A stretch of DNA of 64,000 bases from Gemmatimonadales bacterium (GTDB lineage: Bacteria; Gemmatimonadota; Gemmatimonadetes; Gemmatimonadales; GWC2-71-9). Below the pieces are notes generated by a model. It worked only from the letters and a program-made list of their open reading frames with translations, was not told the origin of the DNA and did not search any database. Below are positions 19,711 to 31,219 of the stretch, piece after piece (the stretch's first letter is position 1; each line of letters begins with the position of its first letter). The position numbers were made by a program, and so were the translations under genes. Where the stretch lies: positions 800,001-864,000 of the forward strand of contig JBBCJC010000005.1 of NCBI GenBank assembly GCA_037189525.1, read 5' to 3'.

Positions 19711-20630
19711 CAGGCGACGTGTGCCGACCGGACCAGGGCCTGGCGGAGGGCCAGACCGAACGGCAGATCTGTGCTGACCCGCTCGTAGCCGATGCCATGG
19801 CGGCGACAGGCGAGCTGCCAATCATGGACGACGCCCTCGACCGTACGCGCGTAGACACCGGCCCAATCGGCCGGACGCAGCGTGACATGCTGGCCGGTTT
19901 CCGGGTCCTCGTAGCGCGACTCGCTGGCGCCTTCCAACGTCATTTCGCTCGGATCCATCAGGTGCAGTACCAGCACCTGATGGCCGCGATGCCGCAGAAA
20001 CCGGAGCGCTTTGGTGGCCAGCTCACGATCGAGCAGGAGATCGGAGACGAAGATGACCAGCCCGCGCCGCTGCAATTGATCCACGACACGGCGGAGGGCC
20101 GGCTCGGCCGCCGTGGCCGACCCCGCATTGGTCCGATGGATCACACCGAGCAACTGCTGCCAGTGCGCCATACGGGCGCGCGGCGGGAGGACTGCGCGGA
20201 CCGCTTCGTCGAAGGTGATAAGGCCGGTGGCATCCCGCTGCCGCAAGAGCACCAGCGCCATGGCCGCGACCAGGCGCTTGGCATACTCCAGCTTGGTCAG
20301 ACGCGTGGCGCTATTACCGGTCCACCCCATCGATTTGCTGGCGTCGAGGACCACCATGGCCCGCAGGTTGGTCTCTTCTTCGAACTGTTTGACGTAGAGG
20401 CGGCCGGTGCGGGCCATCACCTTCCAGTCGACGTACCGAAGTTCGTCGCCCGGCTGATAGGCGCGATGCTCCGCAAACTCCACCGAGAAGCCCCGCCGAG
20501 GCGAGCGGTGCAGTCCGGTGAGGAAACCCTCGACGATGCCTGGCGTCAGCACCTCGATGCCGCCCAATCGGGCAACTTCGAGAGGATCGAGCAGGTCGAG
20601 TCGCTCAGCGCCGCGGGAACTGGATACCAT
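19710..20630 (-). CDS. DUF58 domain (vWA) protein
   Basis: GLHRSPRRGFSVEFAEHRAYQPGDELRYVDWK..ARTGRLYVKQFEEETNL..VLDASKSM. Confidence 0.95.
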   Translation of the reverse strand: MVSSSRGAERLDLLDPLEVARLGGIEVLTPGIVEGFLTGLHRSPRRGFSVEFAEHRAYQPGDELRYVDWKVMARTGRLYVKQFEEETNLRAMVVLDASKSMGWTGNSATRLTKLEYAKRLVAAMALVLLRQRDATGLITFDEAVRAVLPPRARMAHWQQLLGVIHRTNAGSATAAEPALRRVVDQLQRRGLVIFVSDLLLDRELATKALRFLRHRGHQVLVLHLMDPSEMTLEGASESRYEDPETGQHVTLRPADWAGVYARTVEGVVHDWQLACRRHGIGYERVSTDLPFGLALRQALVRSAHVA

Positions 20631-20775
20631 AGGCCGGGGGCAACGTACGGGAGGATGGAATCGGAGTCAACGTAAGTGTCACCAGTGTCCTGTTCCGAGG
20701 ACGGACAGAGACGGCCGAATCTCGACCGCATTTCCCATCTAGTTGTAATAACATGACTTAGCAACACCACTTTGA

Positions 20776-20791
20776 TGGCACGGCACCTGCT
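20776..20791 (+). promoter_or_regulatory. sigma54 (-24/-12) promoter
   Basis: TGGCACGGCACCTGCT has GG-N10-GC spacing and lies about 40 nt upstream of the small ORF at 20830. Confidence 0.65.
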
Positions 20792-20829
20792 TCCCTCCCC
20801 TGACGTTGGGAGGTGTGGTAGACGTGAGA

Positions 20830-21027
20830 ATGATTCGTTGGGCTGTTCCGGTGTTGGTCGCCACGCTGTCGATCGGTGCTCGCTCCCCCCGAGAACCGAT
20901 GATGGCGGAGGCGGCTGCACTGGTTCAGTCACAAGACCCGCCCAAGACCGACAAGAAAAAGCCGGCGCGCGAGCCCGAGTTGCGGCGTCGGAAACCCCCG
21001 CCGCCCAAACCGCCTCATCTCGACTGA
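20830..21027 (+). CDS. Small putative secreted Lys/Pro-rich protein (65 aa)
   Basis: MIRWAVPVLVATLSIGA signal-like start; QDPPKTDKKKPAREPELRRRKPPPPKPPHLD tail; GGAGG and a sigma54 motif upstream. Confidence 0.55.
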   Translation: MIRWAVPVLVATLSIGARSPREPMMAEAAALVQSQDPPKTDKKKPAREPELRRRKPPPPKPPHLD

Positions 21028-21196
21028 CTATCCGGACGCGGTCCCTCCGCATCAGGTTTCATCCGAATCACATCCAGGATCAGGGTCGTACGGTTTGTAT
21101 CAACGGTCCGGGCACGACCGGTTGCAGGACCGTCGCCGGCCGGTTTGACTTCCGGCCAGTCGGCAGAGACGCCGGCATCGATCTGGAGGGTATGAC

Positions 21197-22744
21197 GTGA
21201 CGATTCGGCTCCTCGCCGTTCTTTTGCTTGCTGCGCCCCCGTGCCTCGCGGCTCAGACGGGCCCGCGAACCGACCTCAAACCTGCCGCGGCGCGCATCAC
21301 CGAAGCCGAGATTCGCCGGCAGATCGAAATCATTGCCCATGATTCGATGGGCGGCCGCGATACCCCCAGCCCCGGTCTGGAAATGACCGCGGAATGGGTG
21401 GCCCGTGAGTTTGCGCGCTACGGTCTCAAACCGGGCGGCGACGCCGGAAGCTATCTGCAGCGGTATGAGGTGAACGTTTCCGAACCGGACCCCGATTCGA
21501 CGTTCCTCGAGTTGCTGATTCCCGGCAGCGCGCCCGCGCGGCTGCAGATCGGCTCCGATGTCCGGATCGAGGGCGTCGCGCCTCGGACGGCGACGCAGTA
21601 CGAGGTGGTGCTCCTGGGCGGCAAGCTGCTCGATCCAAACGCGATCAAAGCGGAAGCGGTCCGCGGCAAGCTGGCGATCATCGTTACCGACTGGGCCGGC
21701 GGGATGGGACAGCAGATCCAGGAAGCCGCGGTCAACGCCGTGACCCGCGGCGCGCTTGGTGTGCTGCTCCCGATCAACAACGACTCGCTTGCCACGCAAA
21801 TGGGATTGGGCAGCCCGGTCGGGCCGACCGTCCGGCTGGGGCCACCCCGGCCGGCGGCGCCATCGAACGGCCGGTTCTTCGCGCTGACGTCGGATGCGGC
21901 GCTGACCCGCGCGCTGCCCGCCGTCCGCCAGCAGATCGCTTTCCTGCGCGGCTCGCCGCGCACGACCGTCGCTCCGGTTACGGACTGGCGGGCTACCGTC
22001 GTTTCCCGGGAGGGTGAAGCGCGCTCGGTCCAGGTTCCCAATACGGTCGGGATCCTCGAGGGCAGCGACCCCACGCTGCGCAACGAGTATCTGGTCATCA
22101 CCGCCCACATGGATCACGTCGGTTCGTCCTGCGGCGGCTCGACTCCCGAGGATCGCATCTGCAACGGAGCCGATGACGACGCCTCCGGCACGGTCGGGCT
22201 GGTCGAACTGGCCAAGGCATTCGAGCAGGCGCGCCCGGCCCGGTCGATTCTCTTCGTGGCCGTCAGCGGCGAGGAAAAAGGGCTCTGGGGCAGCGCGCAA
22301 TTTGCAGAGCGTCCCCCGGTACCGATCGGCGCCATGGTGGCCAACCTCAACATGGATATGATCGGGCGGAACTGGAAAGACAGCATCGTCGCGGTCGGCA
22401 AGCCGCACTCGAGCCTCGGCGCGCTGGTCGACCGGGTTGCCGCGGAGCATCCGGAATTGGGTATGACCGTGGTGGACGATCTCTGGCCGGACGAGAACCT
22501 CTTCATGCGCTCGGACCACTACAACTTTGCGCGCAGGGGCATTCCAGCCCTGTTCTTTACCAGCGGCCTGCACGGCGACTATCACGCCGTGTCCGATACG
22601 CCGGACAAGATCGACGCCGAGAAGCAGGCGCGAATACTCCAGCTGATTTTTTATCTGGGATACGAGATCGCCAACACACCGGAGCGGCCGACCTGGGATC
22701 AGGCGAGCTATCAACGCATCGTACGACCGGCGGGGCAACCCTGA
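21197..22744 (+). CDS. M28-family secreted metallopeptidase
   Basis: Signal peptide; TAHMDH, NGADDDASG, GEEKGLWGS, NMDMIG, RSDHYNF, DYH..SDT zinc-ligand motifs. Confidence 0.93.
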   Translation: MTIRLLAVLLLAAPPCLAAQTGPRTDLKPAAARITEAEIRRQIEIIAHDSMGGRDTPSPGLEMTAEWVAREFARYGLKPGGDAGSYLQRYEVNVSEPDPDSTFLELLIPGSAPARLQIGSDVRIEGVAPRTATQYEVVLLGGKLLDPNAIKAEAVRGKLAIIVTDWAGGMGQQIQEAAVNAVTRGALGVLLPINNDSLATQMGLGSPVGPTVRLGPPRPAAPSNGRFFALTSDAALTRALPAVRQQIAFLRGSPRTTVAPVTDWRATVVSREGEARSVQVPNTVGILEGSDPTLRNEYLVITAHMDHVGSSCGGSTPEDRICNGADDDASGTVGLVELAKAFEQARPARSILFVAVSGEEKGLWGSAQFAERPPVPIGAMVANLNMDMIGRNWKDSIVAVGKPHSSLGALVDRVAAEHPELGMTVVDDLWPDENLFMRSDHYNFARRGIPALFFTSGLHGDYHAVSDTPDKIDAEKQARILQLIFYLGYEIANTPERPTWDQASYQRIVRPAGQP

Positions 22745-23127
22745 TGAGCAACGAGACGAAATCGCTGGAGCAGTTCCATACGTTCCGCACGGCGATGAAC
22801 GAGAAGATCTTCGCGGCGGGGAACCTGACGACCAACCGATTCTTCAACCTCGACACGCGGGCCTACGAAGCCGGCGCGCTCGATGTCAAAACCAAGGAGA
22901 TGCTCGGCCTGGTCGCGTCGCTGGTGCTGCGCTGCGACGACTGCGTCACCTATCATGTCGAACGGTGCACAGAGGAAGGAGTCACCGATCCGGAGATGCA
23001 CGAGGTCTTTTCGATCGGCCTCCTGATCGGCGGTTCGATCGTGATTCCGCACCTGCGCCGGGCCGTGGCTCGGCTCGAGGAAGTCCGGACCGGCAACGCC
23101 GGAGACACGCCAGCCAAAGCAACCTGA
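22744..23127 (+). CDS. Carboxymuconolactone decarboxylase/AhpD family protein
   Basis: GALDVKTKEMLGLVASLVLRCDDCVTYH (CxxC); start overlaps the M28 stop (TGATG). Confidence 0.92.
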   Translation: MSNETKSLEQFHTFRTAMNEKIFAAGNLTTNRFFNLDTRAYEAGALDVKTKEMLGLVASLVLRCDDCVTYHVERCTEEGVTDPEMHEVFSIGLLIGGSIVIPHLRRAVARLEEVRTGNAGDTPAKAT

Positions 23128-23146
23128 CGCCAGACCGGCGTCAGGT
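23122..23146. terminator. Hairpin between convergent genes
   Basis: ACCTGACGCC-agacc-GGCGTCAGGT, a perfect 10-bp stem. Confidence 0.55.
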
Positions 23147-23152
23147 CTTAGT

Positions 23153-24046
23153 TCAGACCTCTTCGGCCTGCGCCGGCGCGCGGCTGATCAGAATCCCACC
23201 GATGACGAGCGCCGCGCCGACTCCCTGGAGCGGCGCCGGCCGTTCGCCGAGCAGCAGCCAGGCCACCAGCGCAGCAAAGACCGGTGTGACGCAGTTGTAG
23301 AGCGCGGTCCGGTTCCCTCCCAGCGCTTTGAGCCCACGGGTCCAGAGCACCATGGCAAAGAGCGAGGAAAAGACGGAGGAGTAGATCAACGCCATCCAGA
23401 CGACGGGCGACAGAGTCGGCAGTTCGATCGCCGCGAGTCCCGGCGCCGCGGCGAGCACCAACCCTGGCGTGCCGCCGACGTGGGTAACTGCTGCCACCTC
23501 GAGCGCGCTCCGCGACATCGCGACGTCACGCACACCGACCAGGAATGAGGCCCAGCAGATCACGGCGGCAATGGTGAGCGCATCGCCCACCAGCGTGTCG
23601 AGCGTAAAATGCGCACCTTGCGCTGCCACGACGAGCACGACGCCCACCGTTCCGAGTCCGATCGCGGCCCAGACCCGAGGCTCGGGACGTTCCCGACCGC
23701 TCGCGATACCGAACAGCGCCACAACCACCGGCAGGGTCGCAAAAATCAGCGCGCTGTTGGTGGCCGTAGTGTGGCGCAGGCCGTAAAGGAAGAACGCCTG
23801 GTTGAGCGTGTGACCCACGATGCCCCAGGCCATGAGCCGCCACAGCACTGCTCGCGGGATTCGGCCCGGGCGTTCGATGCCCCAGAACACGGCCATCAGC
23901 AACACGCTGCTCAGAATGAAGCGAAGCGCGGCAAAGGGCAACGGGCCGATATGGACCAACGCAAGCTTCGAAAAGCTGAAATTGGCGCCCCAGATCAGGG
24001 AGACGACCAGGAGACCGACATCGTAACGCGAAAAACCGCGAACCAT
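23153..24046 (-). CDS. DMT/EamA-family transporter
   Basis: [44 protein letters not shown]; about 10 TM. Confidence 0.93.
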   Translation of the reverse strand: MVRGFSRYDVGLLVVSLIWGANFSFSKLALVHIGPLPFAALRFILSSVLLMAVFWGIERPGRIPRAVLWRLMAWGIVGHTLNQAFFLYGLRHTTATNSALIFATLPVVVALFGIASGRERPEPRVWAAIGLGTVGVVLVVAAQGAHFTLDTLVGDALTIAAVICWASFLVGVRDVAMSRSALEVAAVTHVGGTPGLVLAAAPGLAAIELPTLSPVVWMALIYSSVFSSLFAMVLWTRGLKALGGNRTALYNCVTPVFAALVAWLLLGERPAPLQGVGAALVIGGILISRAPAQAEEV

Positions 24047-24047
24047 G

Positions 24048-24965
24048 CTAGCGGCCGCTCTGGGCCCGCGCGGTCGAGCGAGCCATGCTCTGGCTCAGAA
24101 ACACACCGGCAAAGACCAGTGCTGCGCCGACGACCTGGATCGGCAGCGGCCGTTCCCCGAGTACAACCCAGGCCACCAGTGCCGCGACGATCGGAACGAT
24201 GCAGTTGTACAGCGCCGTGCGGTTCCCGCCGATCCGCTGGACGGCCACGCTCCAGATCGCGTACGCGACCACGATGGAGAGCACCGAGGAATACAGCAGC
24301 GCCAACCAGGTCGGGGTACCGAGGTGGAGCCAGTCGATTCGGAGCAGGTCAGGCCAGGCGAGCAAGACCAGCAGCGGCGTGCCGCCAAAGGTCGTGAGCA
24401 GGACGACGCGCATGGGATGGAGATTCCGGCCCACCTGCCGGACGCCCACCGTGAAGACCGACCAGCAGAGGCAGGCGAGCAGGGCCAGCAGGTCGCCGCG
24501 GAGCGTGGCCGACGAGAAATCGAGGCCGCGGGCGGCTATGACCATGACGACCCCGATGGTCGCGATGACGATCCCCAACCAGAGCCGCGGGCTGGTACGC
24601 TCGACCCCGAACACCGTGCCCAGCACGGCGACCGCCACGGGCATGGCGCCGAGGATGAGCGCGGCGTTGGTGGCCGTGGTGACCACGAGGCCGGTCATCA
24701 GAGCCGCCTGATAGGCGGTGTTGCCGATCAGGCCGAGTCCCGCCAATGCCCAGGCCGTCCGAGCGGAAATCGCCTCGCCGGGTTTGAGGACGGCAACAAT
24801 CACCCAGAGCATCCCGCTCGCAATCAGAAACCGGACCGCCGAAAAGGCGAGCGGGGGAACGGAGACGAGGGCGAATTTGTTCGCGCTGAAGTTCGCACCC
24901 CAGATGAGGGTGACGACCAGCATCCCGAGATCGGATTTGGAGAGGGGCGGCGCAGAGGAGGCCAT
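24048..24965 (-). CDS. DMT/EamA-family transporter (tandem paralog)
   Basis: [43 protein letters not shown] 24965. Confidence 0.93.
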   Translation of the reverse strand: MASSAPPLSKSDLGMLVVTLIWGANFSANKFALVSVPPLAFSAVRFLIASGMLWVIVAVLKPGEAISARTAWALAGLGLIGNTAYQAALMTGLVVTTATNAALILGAMPVAVAVLGTVFGVERTSPRLWLGIVIATIGVVMVIAARGLDFSSATLRGDLLALLACLCWSVFTVGVRQVGRNLHPMRVVLLTTFGGTPLLVLLAWPDLLRIDWLHLGTPTWLALLYSSVLSIVVAYAIWSVAVQRIGGNRTALYNCIVPIVAALVAWVVLGERPLPIQVVGAALVFAGVFLSQSMARSTARAQSGR

Positions 24966-25055
24966 TGCGGCGTACAATCTAGCAGGGCGCCCGGCCGGCC
25001 GCCCGGTCCCCCGCCCCCGAGGAACACGCTGGGCACCCCGACTATATTCGGGCCC

Positions 25056-26861
<1,806 letters not shown>

Positions 26862-26872
26862 GGACCTGACCT

Positions 26873-27874
26873 GTGTCGCAGAGTGCAGTCGACGGCGGCA
26901 CGCTGGTGATTCAAACGGCCTTTCTGGGTGACGTGGTCCTGACCACGGGCCTGCTCACGCACCTTGCGGCAGAGTTCGGCCCGGTCGACATCCTGGTCAC
27001 GCCGGGCGCCGTTCCGCTGGTGGAAACCCATCCCGCGGTGCGGCGAGTCATACCCTACGACAAAAAAGGCCGCGACCGCGGTCTGCGCGCCTGGTGGCGC
27101 CTGGTCCGCACGATCCGCGACCGGCGCTACGCCCGCGCCGTCCTGCCGCACCGCTCGCTCCGCAGCGCGGCGCTCGCGTGGGCTGCGCGCATCCCGGTTC
27201 GGATCGGATTCGCGGGGTCGCCCGGCGCCCGGCTCTACACCCATCGGGTAGCGCGCCCGGCCGACGCGCACGAGGCCGAACGCCTGCTGGCGCTGGCGTC
27301 GCCCGCCCCGGGTGAAACCGCGCAGCTGCAGGTGGCGCTGACCGACGACGATCGGGGCCGAGCCTATGCGTGGCTGGCGGCTCGGGGTATCGGCGACGGA
27401 TTCATCGTGATGGCTCCCGGGTCGATCTGGGGCACCAAACGGTGGCCCTACTACCCGGACCTGATCAAACGCCTCCCCGGCCCGGTCGTAGTCATCGGCG
27501 GCCCCGCCGACCGGGAGTTGGCCCAGACCCTGGTCGATGCCGCGCCGGATCGCGTAGCGGATGCGACCGGAGCCATGTCGCTCCGTGAGTCGGCGGCGCT
27601 GATCGAACGGGCCCAACTCCTGATCACCAATGATTCCGCCCCGCTCCATCTGGCCAGCGCGCTGGGGACGCCGACGGTGGCCATATTCGGTCCGACCGTG
27701 CCGGCCTTCGGATTCGGCCCCCGCGCGCCACAATCGGCGCTGATCGAGCGCGAGTTGGAGTGCCGCCCCTGTTCGCTCCACGGGCCGGCCCGCTGCCCGC
27801 TTGGTCATCATCGCTGTATGCGCGAGATTCCACCGGACAGCGTGCGCGACGCGATTCACCAGCTGATCGGATAG
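26873..27874 (+). CDS. waaF: LPS heptosyltransferase II (GT9)
   Basis: IQTAFLGDVVLT, APGSIWGTKRWP, ITNDSAPLHLASALGTPTVAIFGPT, CRPCSLHG..CPLGHHRCM. Confidence 0.9.
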   Translation: MSQSAVDGGTLVIQTAFLGDVVLTTGLLTHLAAEFGPVDILVTPGAVPLVETHPAVRRVIPYDKKGRDRGLRAWWRLVRTIRDRRYARAVLPHRSLRSAALAWAARIPVRIGFAGSPGARLYTHRVARPADAHEAERLLALASPAPGETAQLQVALTDDDRGRAYAWLAARGIGDGFIVMAPGSIWGTKRWPYYPDLIKRLPGPVVVIGGPADRELAQTLVDAAPDRVADATGAMSLRESAALIERAQLLITNDSAPLHLASALGTPTVAIFGPTVPAFGFGPRAPQSALIERELECRPCSLHGPARCPLGHHRCMREIPPDSVRDAIHQLIG

Positions 27875-27882
27875 TGACGCAG

Positions 27883-28842
27883 ATGGAATACGTCCTCGGC
27901 ATCGACATCGGAGGCACCAATCTCGTCGCGGCCGCGGTCTCGATCGACGGCGGGCGGCTCGAAGGGCTTCGGTCGGAGCCGACCGATGCGGGACGGGGCG
28001 CGGACGACGTGATCGGCCGCCTGGTTGCCATGGCGCGGCGCACCATCGACGACACCCGGGCCGCCGACCCGGCCGCCCGGCTGATCGGGATCGGGATCGG
28101 CTCACCCGGGCCGGTCGACATTGCCGCCGGCGTGGTGCTGCTCACCCCGAATCTCGGGTGGGTCAACATGCCGGTGCGCGATATGATTGCCGGCCCGCTC
28201 GGCCTGCCGGCCAGTCTGGACAACGACGCTACCTGCGCAATGGCGGGCGAATGGTGGCTCGGGGCGGCCCGCGGGGCGCGCCATGCCGTGACCTTCACCC
28301 TCGGCACCGGTATCGGCGGCGGCGTGGTGGTCGATGGCAAAGTCCTCCACGGCGCGTCCGACGTGGCGGGCGAGATCGGCCATATCACGATCGAGACCAA
28401 CGGGCGCCGCTGCGGGTGCGGCAACGACGGATGCCTCGAAGCCTACGCCTCGGGAACCGCGATTGCGCGGCGGATGGCCGAAGCCATCGGCGCCGGGGGC
28501 GAATCGTCGCTGGTGGGACCCGAGGGCCGCGAGCTGACCGCCCAAGCCGTCTACGAAGCCGCCGCGTCCGGCGATCCGTTGGCCCTGGAAGTGGTGCAGG
28601 ACACCGCCAAATACCTGGGTGTCGGGGTCGCCAATCTGATCAACATCCTCAATCCCGAGATCGTGGTGATCTGCGGCGGCGTCACCCAGGCCGGCGACCG
28701 GCTCTTCACGCCGCTCCGCCGAGAAGTGACACGGCGCGCGTTCAAACCGGCGGTCGAGGTGTGCCGGATCGTGCCCGGCGAACTTCCCGGCACGGCCGGC
28801 GTGGTCGGGGCGGCCAAGATCTTCCTGGAAACCCATGCCTAA
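27883..28842 (+). CDS. ROK-family sugar kinase (glucokinase-like)
   Basis: GIDIGGTN, DNDATC, TLGTGIGGG, GEIGH, CGCGNDGCLEAYASG. Confidence 0.93.
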   Translation: MEYVLGIDIGGTNLVAAAVSIDGGRLEGLRSEPTDAGRGADDVIGRLVAMARRTIDDTRAADPAARLIGIGIGSPGPVDIAAGVVLLTPNLGWVNMPVRDMIAGPLGLPASLDNDATCAMAGEWWLGAARGARHAVTFTLGTGIGGGVVVDGKVLHGASDVAGEIGHITIETNGRRCGCGNDGCLEAYASGTAIARRMAEAIGAGGESSLVGPEGRELTAQAVYEAAASGDPLALEVVQDTAKYLGVGVANLINILNPEIVVICGGVTQAGDRLFTPLRREVTRRAFKPAVEVCRIVPGELPGTAGVVGAAKIFLETHA

Positions 28843-29764
28843 GGTTGGCGTCATCGGCTCACTGGTCTGGGATGAGATCCACGGACGCGATCCCGGCCGC
28901 GTGGCCGTCGAAGAATGGGGTGGGATCGCCTACGCGCTGGCGGGGTTCGACGCGGCGCTGGCCGACGACTGGCAGATCGTTCCGCTCATCAAAGTGGGGC
29001 GCGATCTGGCCGGACCGGCCGAGCAGCTACTGCGCTCGCTCTGCCGAGTGCCCGAATCGGTTCGATTCATCGAAGTGCCGGCCCCCAACAATCGCGTGGT
29101 GCTCCGCTATACCTCGACCGAGCGCCGCACCGAACGGATGCAGGGCGGCGTCCCCGGGTGGACCTGGGCAGAACTGGGCCCGCTGGTCCAGGACCTCGAT
29201 GCGGTCTACCTCAACTTCATTTCAGGCTTCGAACTGAGCCTGGGCACCGCGGCCGCCCTGCGCGACGGCTTCCGCGGACCGATTTACGCCGACCTTCACA
29301 GCCTCTTTCTCGCGATGGGTACCGACGGCATGCGAGCGATGCAACCGCTGCCCGATGCGGCCGGCTGGTATCGATGCTTCGACCTGGTGCAGCTCAACGA
29401 AGACGAGATGGCCGAACTGTCGACCGATCCGATGAGCCTGGCCGCCGCGATGTTATCGGTTGGCGTGAGCACGGTTCTGGTTACCTTGGGAGCGCGGGGG
29501 GCGGTGTATCTCACCGACGGCCGGATCGGCGGAGGAGAGCCCGGTCCGCTTCGTACCGCGCTGATTCCGTCGCCGGCGGTCGATGACGCCGATCCGACCG
29601 GGTGCGGCGACGTCTTCGGTGCAACCACCTTTGCCCGACTCCTCGCCGGCGATCCGCTCGACCTCGCGGTGGCCGCCGGGACCAGCGCCGGCGCCCGCAA
29701 TGCCGGCTTCCGCGGCGCGACCGGGTTGGCGCACCACCTTCGGGGCTCTCTCGTCTCACTATGA
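28835..29764 (+). CDS. PfkB-family carbohydrate kinase
   Basis: WGGIAY N-terminal motif, QLNEDE, VTLGARGA, DPTGCGDVFGA anion-hole motif. Confidence 0.85.
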   Translation: MPKVGVIGSLVWDEIHGRDPGRVAVEEWGGIAYALAGFDAALADDWQIVPLIKVGRDLAGPAEQLLRSLCRVPESVRFIEVPAPNNRVVLRYTSTERRTERMQGGVPGWTWAELGPLVQDLDAVYLNFISGFELSLGTAAALRDGFRGPIYADLHSLFLAMGTDGMRAMQPLPDAAGWYRCFDLVQLNEDEMAELSTDPMSLAAAMLSVGVSTVLVTLGARGAVYLTDGRIGGGEPGPLRTALIPSPAVDDADPTGCGDVFGATTFARLLAGDPLDLAVAAGTSAGARNAGFRGATGLAHHLRGSLVSL

Positions 29765-29771
29765 TTGGCAC

Positions 29772-30680
29772 ATGATTCACGTTGCGCCGGTTCCGACATC
29801 CTTCGACGATCGCGGTCTCGACACACTGGCTCAGGCGTTGGGCTCGTGGCCACCTCCGGAACGGCTCCTGCTCGATGCGCGGGGCACCACCTGGGCCTCG
29901 CCGTACGGCCTTGCTGCGCTGCTGACGCTGGGACAGTCCATCGCGGAACTCGGCCTGCCCCGCCCCAAGTTCGCCGCGCCCGACTCCGACGACACGCGCA
30001 GCTACTGGGCGCGGACCGGCTTTTTCACCTATGCCGCGGAGTACTTCGAGCTGGTCGGCAAAATCCCCCGCCGGAGCGGCGACGCACCGAGCGATACCCT
30101 GCTCCCGCTCACGCCGATCCGGGATACCGAAGATGTGCACGAAGTGGTCGGCAAGCTCCAGGAAGTGGCCACTCGGATCCTGACCACCGAACTCAAACTC
30201 GAGGCCAAGGCCACGATGGGGTTTGCGATGGCGCTGTCGGAAGCCTGCCAGAACGTGGTCGAACACGCCGAGACCGGCGGCTGGGTTGCTGCGCAGACCT
30301 ATTTCTGGAAGCGGCGGCTCGGCCGGAAGGTGGCGGTCATTGCCGTCAGCGACGGCGGGATCGGATTCCGGCGCTCCCTCGAGGCTACGGAAGCCAAGAA
30401 GGTCGGGGAACGTTGGGGCGACGGGGCGGCACTCGAGTCGGCCGTGCTCCACTCGGTCAGTCGCTTCCGCGACAAGGAGAAAGGCCGCGGGCAGGGCATC
30501 GCCGGCATCAAACGTTACATTTTCCGGTGGCACGGCAAGCTGTCCGTCCGGAGCGGTTCCGCCCGGATTGCCCTGTTGCCGGAGTGGGATGACGACGTGC
30601 CGCTGGCAGAGCACCTGCCGTTCTTTCCTGGAGCGCAGCTCCAACTCACGATTCCAGCGCAGGAAGCGGTGTCCCGATGA
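29772..30680 (+). CDS. STAS-like plus HATPase_c (anti-sigma kinase-like) ATP-binding protein
   Basis: N-terminal LLLDARGTTWASPYGLAALL (STAS-like); N-box SEACQNVVEHA; G1 VSDGGIGF; G2 GRGQGI. No His-box dimerisation domain seen. Confidence 0.75.
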   Translation: MIHVAPVPTSFDDRGLDTLAQALGSWPPPERLLLDARGTTWASPYGLAALLTLGQSIAELGLPRPKFAAPDSDDTRSYWARTGFFTYAAEYFELVGKIPRRSGDAPSDTLLPLTPIRDTEDVHEVVGKLQEVATRILTTELKLEAKATMGFAMALSEACQNVVEHAETGGWVAAQTYFWKRRLGRKVAVIAVSDGGIGFRRSLEATEAKKVGERWGDGAALESAVLHSVSRFRDKEKGRGQGIAGIKRYIFRWHGKLSVRSGSARIALLPEWDDDVPLAEHLPFFPGAQLQLTIPAQEAVSR

Positions 30681-31219
30681 GAGAACACATCGACCTCGCT
30701 CCGATCCTTCGTGAAAGCGTCCGGACCAGCTACTCGGACCTGGTCACCCGACCGACCGGCGCCAATGTCCGGACCCGGATCCAGGCGGTGATCGAGGCGA
30801 GCCCGTATCCCACCACGCAGCTCGACTTCCGCGCCATCGGCTTACTCGACTTCAGCTGCGCCGACGAAATCGTGGCCAAGCTGCTGCTGCTCGACGATCT
30901 GGACCGTCCCCGCTACATGGTGCTGCTCAACGTGTCGGAAACACACCGCGAGACGATCGACCACGTCCTGGAGACCCACAGCCTGACCGTCGTTGCGCTC
31001 CTGTCCGACGATACCCGGCCCACCATTCTCGGCTGGCGGACACCCGACCTCGTGGCGGCATTCGAGGCGGTGATGGCCCTGGGCCCCGGGGATGCGAGCC
31101 GGGTGGCCGATACGTTAGGTTGGACGATAGAGCGGGCCGCCGACGCGCTCCAATCGCTGGCGCTCAGGCGCCTGGTTCAGGCTGCATCCGGGACCTATTG
31201 CCCCATACCGATCCGATGA
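30677..31219 (+). CDS. STAS-like (DUF4325-like) plus winged-HTH protein
   Basis: LVTRPTGANVR...LDFRAIGLLDFSCADEIVAKL; C-terminal ASRVADTLGWTIERAADALQSL..RRLV; ATGA overlap with the upstream gene. Confidence 0.65.
   Translation: MREHIDLAPILRESVRTSYSDLVTRPTGANVRTRIQAVIEASPYPTTQLDFRAIGLLDFSCADEIVAKLLLLDDLDRPRYMVLLNVSETHRETIDHVLETHSLTVVALLSDDTRPTILGWRTPDLVAAFEAVMALGPGDASRVADTLGWTIERAADALQSLALRRLVQAASGTYCPIPIR

Noticed and set aside
24045..25055. 337-aa N-terminal extension of LepA in the ORF track
   Set aside because: It overlaps the opposite-strand EamA gene; LepA homology begins at ATG 25056.
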